Shown here one piece after another: positions 57,685-64,000 of a stretch of 64,000 nt of DNA. Location: contig CAXXQS010000002.1 in NCBI GenBank assembly GCA_963674735.2, forward strand, positions 1,280,001 to 1,344,000, read 5' to 3'. The notes beneath the pieces are model-generated. The model worked only from the letters and a program-made list of their open reading frames with translations. It searched no databases and was not told the DNA's origin. The position numbers were made by a program, and so were the translations under genes. Position 1 is the stretch's first letter; every line of letters begins with the position of its first letter. This DNA comes from Myxococcota bacterium (GTDB lineage Bacteria > Myxococcota_A > SURF-8).

Positions 57685-58326
57685 CTATCCCTCGTTTTCC
57701 TCGCCGCTGAAATAGCCGTGGCGGTTGATTTTTTCCCAGAAAAGTTTGCGGGCCTGGTGCAGCCGCGACCAGACGGCCGACACGCTGCAGCCGAGAACCT
57801 CGGCAATCTGTTCACTCGACAATTGTTCCAATTCGGCCAATAAAAACACGTTACGCTTTTTTTCCGGCAGAGATTGCAGGATTTCGGCCACCATTTTGAG
57901 ACGTTCGTTTGTTTCCATTTGATTGAGTGCGTCGGGGTCACCGGCCATGGCGTCCACGGCTTCCATATCCACACGTCCGGGTTCGCGCATCTTGCGTCGC
58001 AGGTGTTGATTGGCCACATTCATGGCGATGCGAAAAACCCAGGACGACAGTTGGGAATCGCCGCGGAAGCGTTTGAGACCGCGATGAATTTCGAGCATGG
58101 TGCTCTGCACCAGATCTTCCAATTCCGGCCCGGGGCCGTATAGCCGGATCAAAATGCGGCGGACATTGGGGTAGGCGCGGGTGAAAAGCGTTTCAAGCGC
58201 CTCGCGTTCCCCGTGTTGGCAACGGGCCACGAGTTCGGGGTCACTAAGATGATGGGAGGCCGCTTGTGGTCCGGGATCTTCTTTTCCGGGTATGGAGGCG
58301 ACCGATTGTCCGAACATGAATGCCAT
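57685..58326 (-). CDS. ECF RNA polymerase sigma factor
   Basis: EDLVQ, FRGDSQLSSWVFRIAMN, LPEKKRNVFLL, EQIAEVLG..VWSRLHQAR. Confidence 0.95.
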   Translation of the reverse strand: MAFMFGQSVASIPGKEDPGPQAASHHLSDPELVARCQHGEREALETLFTRAYPNVRRILIRLYGPGPELEDLVQSTMLEIHRGLKRFRGDSQLSSWVFRIAMNVANQHLRRKMREPGRVDMEAVDAMAGDPDALNQMETNERLKMVAEILQSLPEKKRNVFLLAELEQLSSEQIAEVLGCSVSAVWSRLHQARKLFWEKINRHGYFSGEENEG

Positions 58327-58399
58327 TCGCAATTCTCCCCTTGCTTATAGATAGGGTGACGGCGGCAGGCAATCCTTGCAGGCATTTGATCTCACGGGG

Positions 58400-59479
58400 T
58401 CACCTTAAAAAGTCGAAGACCAGTCCGGCGTTGAAGCGAAGGGAGAACGGAGGTTGTTTGAACAGCGTTTCATTGGCTACCTGATAGGTTTGGGCGCGGG
58501 GGGTGAAACCGCCGTTGATGTTGAGCGTGAAACCCATAAATGGCAGAAAATAATAGGCATATCCAGCCCCGGCGGTCAAGCCGATATTGACTCGGTCGAA
58601 GCTGTGATCGGGAATTTCATTTTGCGGATCGGAAAAATGGAAACGAGTGATGGTGGCCAGCATGGCGAAGTTGAAGGCGACTTCGTGACGCTCGACGATC
58701 AGGACGAAGCGGCCCCCGGCCCAAAGGGGAATTTCGAGGAAGCGCAGCCGATAGTTTGGGTGATCGGGATGGATGGGCAGCAGGTAGGCCGCACCCAGAT
58801 GAAGAAGCAGTGGAGGAAAGGGAAAGTATCCGATATCACCGGAGAAACCCCACATTTTAGTTCCGGTCTCGGGATAGGCAACGAAGGTCGCAGTCGTTTC
58901 CAGGGCCAGCTTGCTCGGTTCCTCCGGTTTGGGTGGCAGCACAACTTTTGTTGATGGCAAAGACGGCCTAAAGGCTTTTTGCGCTGTGGCGGGGGTGGGT
59001 CGGGGGCGTTCGTAGCGGATCATGGAAGCCAGTAGCGAAGCCAATGGCGCACTGGCCACAGCCGACCCGGCGCTGGACAGGCGACGCACGATCAGAACGT
59101 CGACAGCCGGAAAATAGACGGATAACGAAACCTTCGTTTCCGTCTCATCCTTCCGTGCATTCGGATTGTCTCCCCCGATCCAGGCATAGGCCACCACGTT
59201 GCCACGCGGCGTTGCAGCCGCGAGGCGTTTGGCCAGGGATTCCGACCCGTTGTCAAGGTTTGGAATGCTTTCAGCTTGGACGGTCAGGCGTTCCTTTTCC
59301 AGATCGCCGCTCAAAAGGGCCGCGATTTCATCCATGTTGCCGGTTTGGGAGGCGGTTTCCGGGAATTTGAACAGAACCACCGTTCCCAGCGAAGGATGGG
59401 CGGAGGCGGTTGCGGTGCACAACCACATCCAGATCAGCCCGAGCATGAAAACGTTCGATGTGGTTCGCCGTCCCTTCAC
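58400..59479 (-). CDS. Secreted protein with C-terminal outer-membrane beta-barrel
   Basis: GTG after RBS GGGAGG; signal peptide ending ASA-HP; Pro-rich linker; strands GAGYAYYF and LRFNAGLVFDF. Confidence 0.7.
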   Translation of the reverse strand: MKGRRTTSNVFMLGLIWMWLCTATASAHPSLGTVVLFKFPETASQTGNMDEIAALLSGDLEKERLTVQAESIPNLDNGSESLAKRLAAATPRGNVVAYAWIGGDNPNARKDETETKVSLSVYFPAVDVLIVRRLSSAGSAVASAPLASLLASMIRYERPRPTPATAQKAFRPSLPSTKVVLPPKPEEPSKLALETTATFVAYPETGTKMWGFSGDIGYFPFPPLLLHLGAAYLLPIHPDHPNYRLRFLEIPLWAGGRFVLIVERHEVAFNFAMLATITRFHFSDPQNEIPDHSFDRVNIGLTAGAGYAYYFLPFMGFTLNINGGFTPRAQTYQVANETLFKQPPFSLRFNAGLVFDFLR

Positions 59480-59685
59480 AAAACCTCCCGTTGAAAATCG
59501 CGCATTAAAAGAATTCGATTGTAGCATAAATGATCCCATTTCGGAAAGCCGGTGCTGCAGCTTTCGTGCAGCTTTCAGTCGGTCTGGGAAACCAGCGGGA
59601 TTGCAGGCTTGTTCGTATTGATACATAACTGGCTTGAATTACATGGCTTTTGCCGGAATGTCAGAGGGGCTATACGAAATTATAC

Positions 59686-59713
59686 TTGACGACGCCGGGA
59701 TGAGGACTATAGT
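59686..59713 (+). promoter_or_regulatory. Sigma70 promoter of dprA-topA-trmFO
   Basis: TTGACG-16bp-TATAGT. Confidence 0.55.
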
Positions 59714-59745
59714 CAGACACCGTTTATGGAGGACGAGTAGCTCTG

Positions 59746-60906
59746 ATGACCCTGTCTTTCGACATCCGTTGTGCCTTGCTGGCAATCGCCGAACGCCTTG
59801 TCCGTGACGAGGCTCGTCGGGTGGTGCTGGAATCGCTGGATGAGGATATCTTCGATCGTTCCGTGGATGCCTGGTGCGATCTCGGTTTGAAGCCGATTCA
59901 GGCACAGGCGCTGGTTGAAGGCTTGCATGACGAGGGTCTGGCCAAGCGGGTTGAGGGATTGGATGCGCGGAATATCCGCCTACTCCACTTCGGGGAAGCC
60001 GTGTTTCCATACACGCTGCCCCAGGGCGCGTCTTTGCCGCCGATTCTGTTTTTCCAGGGTCGCGCGGAAGGCTGGCGGCGTGCCGGGTTGGCCATTGTGG
60101 GTACCCGCAAACCGTCCGCCTACGGACGCGAATCGGCGACGGCCATCGCCCGCGAAGCGGCTTTGCGTGGAATTCCGGTGATATCCGGCGCGGCAACCGG
60201 TATCGACACCTGTGCGCATGAAGGTTGCTTGAAGTATGGCGGTTTGACGGTGGCGGTGCTGGGCTGCGGTCTCGATCATGTGTATCCGCGCCAGGCCGGT
60301 CCGCTGTATGAACGGATTGCCGAAAATGGGGCGCTGGTGAGCCAGTTCGCTCCGAGTGTGCCGCCCGACCGCAAACGCTTTCCGATGCGCAATCACGTGA
60401 TTGCGGCATTGAGCGAAACCGTGGTGGTGGTCGAAGGCGCGGCCGGTTCGGGAGCTCGTTATACCGCTCAGGCGGCGCGTAAACTGGGTTTGCGATTAAT
60501 GGCTCTGCCCGGCGATATCAGCCGCCCGCAGGCCGTATTGCCCAACCGTCTGTTGGCGGAAGGGGCTGAAATCATTATTGATCCGGCTGCGCCGGTAGAT
60601 CCGCTGGCCCGTAAAAGCGCTCAGCAGGCTTCCTTCGACTGGAAGGGGCCGACCGCGGCGCAGAAAACGGGCGCAGGGGTTGAAGCGGCAAGGCTTTCGG
60701 AATTGGAACGGAATCTGGCGGCTCTTATCGCGGAAGGCTCGGGATCGGCCGATGACCTTCTGGCAGCCGGTCTGGCTGCTCCGGGAGCGGTGAATGAGGC
60801 GCTCTTGCGCATGGAATTGGTCGGTGTCGTCCGGCAAGAGCCGGGCCGCCGTTATGCATTGGCGACCGCCGAACGCGGGTTCGGTGGCCTGAACGAACGC
60901 GAGTAA
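59746..60906 (+). CDS. dprA: DNA processing protein DprA/Smf
   Basis: AIVGTRKPSAYG, SGAATGID, AVLGCGLD, FPMRN, VVVEG..SG. Confidence 0.93.
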   Translation: MTLSFDIRCALLAIAERLVRDEARRVVLESLDEDIFDRSVDAWCDLGLKPIQAQALVEGLHDEGLAKRVEGLDARNIRLLHFGEAVFPYTLPQGASLPPILFFQGRAEGWRRAGLAIVGTRKPSAYGRESATAIAREAALRGIPVISGAATGIDTCAHEGCLKYGGLTVAVLGCGLDHVYPRQAGPLYERIAENGALVSQFAPSVPPDRKRFPMRNHVIAALSETVVVVEGAAGSGARYTAQAARKLGLRLMALPGDISRPQAVLPNRLLAEGAEIIIDPAAPVDPLARKSAQQASFDWKGPTAAQKTGAGVEAARLSELERNLAALIAEGSGSADDLLAAGLAAPGAVNEALLRMELVGVVRQEPGRRYALATAERGFGGLNERE

Positions 60907-60909
60907 TTC

Positions 60910-63177
60910 ATGGGAAAATCGTTGGTTATCGTTGAGTCCCCCACCAAAGCACGCACCTTGGCGCGCCTTCTGGGAAAAAACTATGAGATCATGGCCTCCA
61001 TCGGTCATGTAAAGGATCTGCCCAAAAACAACCTGGGGGTCGAGCCGGAGAACGGCTTCAAACCCGAATATGTCGTCATCCAGGGGAAGGGTCGGGTATT
61101 GCGGGACATCCGCAAGTCGGCCGAGTATGCCGACAAAGTGTATCTGGCGCCCGATCCCGATCGGGAAGGAGAAGCGATCGCCTGGCATATCGCCGAGGAG
61201 ATCCGCAAGAAAAACAAGAACCTTTATCGTGTCTTGTTCCACGAGTTCACCAAGCGCTCGGTGCTCGACGCGATCGAGCATCCATTGGAACTGGACCAGC
61301 GCAAGTTCGAATCGCAACAGGCGCGGCGCATCCTGGATCGTCTGGTGGGTTACCAGATCAGCCCGCTTCTGTGGGACAAAGTCAAGCGCGGTCTCTCCGC
61401 CGGGCGGGTGCAGTCGGTGGCCGTGAAACTGGTGGTGGATCGCGAAAAGGCCATTCGCGCCTTTGTGAGCGAGGAATATTGGACGATCACCGCCCGTTAC
61501 CTCGGCAGCCAGGCCCCGGAATTCGAAGCCAAGCTGATCAAATCGGACGATAAAAAGGTGGCTCTTTCCGATGGCGAGTCCTCCCGCGCCGTGGTGGAAG
61601 ACCTGCAAAACGGTGAACATGTTCTTTCGCGGGTCGACCGCAAAGAACGTCGTCGTCGTCCCGTGCCGCCCTTTATCACCTCGAAGTTGCAGCAGGAAGC
61701 GTCGCGGCGTCTGCGCTTCGTTCCCAAACATACGATGTCGGTGGCGCAGCAGCTCTATGAAGGTATTGAACTCGGGGCCGAGGGTGCCGTGGGTTTGATC
61801 ACCTATATGCGTACCGATTCCACCCGTATTTCGGATGAGGCGCTCGGCGAGGTGCGCGAGTACATCACCACGGCTTTTGGCAAGGAATATCTGCCCGAAA
61901 AACCGAATACGTACAAAAACCGCAAGAATACCCAGGACGCCCATGAGGCGATTCGTCCGACATCGGTGGTCAATTCTCCCGAGAAGGTCAAAGCCTTTCT
62001 TTCGCGTGACCAGTTCCGCCTGTATCAGTTGATCTGGAACCGCTTCGTGGCCTCCCAGATGGTCCCGGCCGTTTTCGATGCCACCGTTTTCGACGTGACT
62101 TGCGGGCGGCATTTGCTGCGTGCCACAGGTCAGGTTCTGAAATTTGCGGGATTTACCAAGGTTTACATCGAGCAGCGCGGGGAAGAGGTTCAGAAAGACC
62201 CTGATGAAAGCAAGCAGACCCAACTGCCCAAGTTGGAGCAGGGTGAGGCGCTGGAACTGAAAAACCTGAATCCCGAACAGAAATTCACCCAGCCGCCGCC
62301 GCGTTTTTCCGAGGCGATGTTGGTCAAAGAGCTGGAAGACAACGGCATCGGACGCCCGTCCACCTATGCCTCGATTCTCTCCACGATTCAAGACAAGAAA
62401 TACACCGCCAAAGACAAAGGCCGCTTGCACCCCAGCGAGTTGGGCGAGGTGGTGACGGAACTTCTGGTGGAAAACTTCCCCGACATCATGAACAGCGAAT
62501 TCACCGCCAACATGGAAGAACAGCTCGATGAGGTGGAAGAAGGCAAAGTGGGTTGGCTGGAGCTTCTAAAGCAATTTTACGGCCCCTTCTCCGGAACGCT
62601 TGAAAAAGCCCGCGAGGAAATGCGCAACGTCAAGCGCCAGGAGACGCCCACCGGCCTCAAGTGCCCGAAATGCGAATCCGAACTGGTGATCAAGTGGGGA
62701 CGGAACGGGAGTTTCATCGGGTGTCCGGCTTACCCGGATTGCGATTTCACTTCCGAATACACGCGCGACGAAAAGGGAAACGTCAAGTTGCAGACCGATC
62801 AGGTCACCGACGAGGTCTGCGACAAATGCGGCTCGCCTATGGTGTTGAAGAACGGCCGCTTCGGCAAGTTCTTGGCTTGTTCCAGCTACCCGGCCTGCAA
62901 GAACACCAAGCCGGTCAAAGTCGGCGTCAAGTGTCCGGAAGACGGGTGCAACGGCGATATCATCGAAAAACGCACGCGTCGCGGCAAGCTTTTCTTCGGT
63001 TGCGACAAATTCCCGACCTGCAAATTCGCCAGTTGGGATCGACCGGTGGCGAAAGCCTGTCCGTCCTGCGATAACCCCTATATGGTGGAGAAAAACCAAA
63101 GCAGCGGCCTGGTGTATCTGTGCCCGCGTTGCAAATACCGTCTCGAAACCCAGGAGGAGGACGGCCATGCGTCCTGA
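60910..63177 (+). CDS. topA: DNA topoisomerase I with C-terminal Zn ribbons
   Basis: [40 protein letters not shown], Cys4 repeats. Confidence 0.99.
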   Translation: MGKSLVIVESPTKARTLARLLGKNYEIMASIGHVKDLPKNNLGVEPENGFKPEYVVIQGKGRVLRDIRKSAEYADKVYLAPDPDREGEAIAWHIAEEIRKKNKNLYRVLFHEFTKRSVLDAIEHPLELDQRKFESQQARRILDRLVGYQISPLLWDKVKRGLSAGRVQSVAVKLVVDREKAIRAFVSEEYWTITARYLGSQAPEFEAKLIKSDDKKVALSDGESSRAVVEDLQNGEHVLSRVDRKERRRRPVPPFITSKLQQEASRRLRFVPKHTMSVAQQLYEGIELGAEGAVGLITYMRTDSTRISDEALGEVREYITTAFGKEYLPEKPNTYKNRKNTQDAHEAIRPTSVVNSPEKVKAFLSRDQFRLYQLIWNRFVASQMVPAVFDATVFDVTCGRHLLRATGQVLKFAGFTKVYIEQRGEEVQKDPDESKQTQLPKLEQGEALELKNLNPEQKFTQPPPRFSEAMLVKELEDNGIGRPSTYASILSTIQDKKYTAKDKGRLHPSELGEVVTELLVENFPDIMNSEFTANMEEQLDEVEEGKVGWLELLKQFYGPFSGTLEKAREEMRNVKRQETPTGLKCPKCESELVIKWGRNGSFIGCPAYPDCDFTSEYTRDEKGNVKLQTDQVTDEVCDKCGSPMVLKNGRFGKFLACSSYPACKNTKPVKVGVKCPEDGCNGDIIEKRTRRGKLFFGCDKFPTCKFASWDRPVAKACPSCDNPYMVEKNQSSGLVYLCPRCKYRLETQEEDGHAS

Positions 63178-64000
63178 TGTCGTGGTGGTGGGTGCCGGGC
63201 TGGCGGGCTGCGAGGCGGCTCTGCAACTGGCGCGGCGCGGTGCGGTGGTGCGTCTTTACGAGCGCAAACCCCAAACACGTAGCGCCGCATCGGCCAGCGA
63301 TCTGTTTGCCGAACTGGTCTGTTCCAATTCCCTGCGCGGCCGTTCTCCCGAGAACGCCGTGGGGTTGTTGAAAGAGGAAATGCAGCGGCTGGGTTCGTTT
63401 GTGATGGCGGCGGCGCTTGAATGCGAAGTCCCGGCCGGAGGCGCGTTGGCGGTGGACCGAGAGCGCTTCGCCGCCCGGCTCACCCAATGGGTGCGGGACG
63501 AAACGCGCATCGAAGTCGTGACGGCGGATGTCGAGGATATTCCTTTCGATGCCGAAGAAGTCATTTTGGCCACCGGTCCGCTGACGGAAGGCGCGCTGGC
63601 CGAAAATCTGGCTCGGCACACCGGCGCGGAGCACTTACATTTTTACGACGCCATCGCCCCCATCATCGACGCCGACAGCATCGACCGCTCGATCGCCTTT
63701 TTGGCTTCGCGTTACGATAAGGGCGGGGATGATTACCTCAACCTGCCCCTTTCGGAAGAGGAATACCACGAGTTGGTCGAGGGACTGAAGCAGGCCGAGA
63801 AGGTGCCGCCGCGCCCCTTCGAGGATCCGACCTATTTCGAAGGCTGTCTGCCGGTGGATATCATGGCCGAGCGTGGCGAGCAGACCCTCGCCTACGGACC
63901 GCTGAAACCGGTGGGGTTGATCGATCCACGTACCGGCAAGCAACCGCACGCCGTGGTTCAGTTGCGGGTGGAGAATGCCGATCGCACGGCCTACAGTTTG
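63167..64000 (+). CDS. trmFO: Methylene-THF-dependent tRNA m5U54 methyltransferase (partial; not in ORF track)
   Basis: Translated by hand from ATG 63167: [59 protein letters not shown]. Confidence 0.95.
   Translation, partial: MRPDVVVVGAGLAGCEAALQLARRGAVVRLYERKPQTRSAASASDLFAELVCSNSLRGRSPENAVGLLKEEMQRLGSFVMAAALECEVPAGGALAVDRERFAARLTQWVRDETRIEVVTADVEDIPFDAEEVILATGPLTEGALAENLARHTGAEHLHFYDAIAPIIDADSIDRSIAFLASRYDKGGDDYLNLPLSEEEYHELVEGLKQAEKVPPRPFEDPTYFEGCLPVDIMAERGEQTLAYGPLKPVGLIDPRTGKQPHAVVQLRVENADRTAYSL

Noticed and set aside
60496-62430. 644-aa antisense ORF over topA, and similar long antisense ORFs over fhs, folD, cysS, tolB and the ABC permeases
   Set aside because: Expected in high-GC3 genomes; each lies opposite unambiguous conserved genes

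Overview
GC-rich bacterial chromosome segment with deltaproteobacterial, Myxococcota-like character. This assignment is inferred from the cdnL/carD-ispDF-cysS synteny, the Cys-rich surface proteins, the MYXO-CTERM-like tails and an ECF/FecR-TPR cassette. Most of the window is housekeeping and envelope genes: xseA, IMPase, cdnL, ispDF, cysS, a glycan cluster (a phosphoglycosyltransferase-dehydratase fusion, wecB, NTP_transf_5, rmlD, a deacetylase), a triple-parvulin PPIase, tolQRAB-pal, an HdrD/FadF-like membrane Fe-S protein, TPR plus LolB-like genes, a TetR-led Lol/MacB-like ABC operon, a GMC oxidoreductase and dprA-topA-trmFO. It also carries a partial Wood-Ljungdahl/C1 cluster (fhs-folD-RACo-cooC) and an AT-rich two-gene surface-protein island. 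The most striking unexplained element is the AT-rich 52.5-54.0 kb intergenic region. It holds a perfect sigma54 promoter on the minus strand, which points into a structured RNA (UACG tetraloop, perfect 12-bp long-range stem, U-rich tract) followed by an unannotated 27-aa ORF. Upstream of the promoter lie IHF-like sites and two AGTGTTGC-N9-GCAACACT palindromes with identical arms. A second theme is a family of unrelated surface proteins that share DGD-repeat linkers and C-terminal sorting tails and lie next to glycosylation enzymes. I saw no CRISPR array, tRNA, rRNA, integrase or transposase. All family assignments come from motif recognition by eye; no database searches were run.
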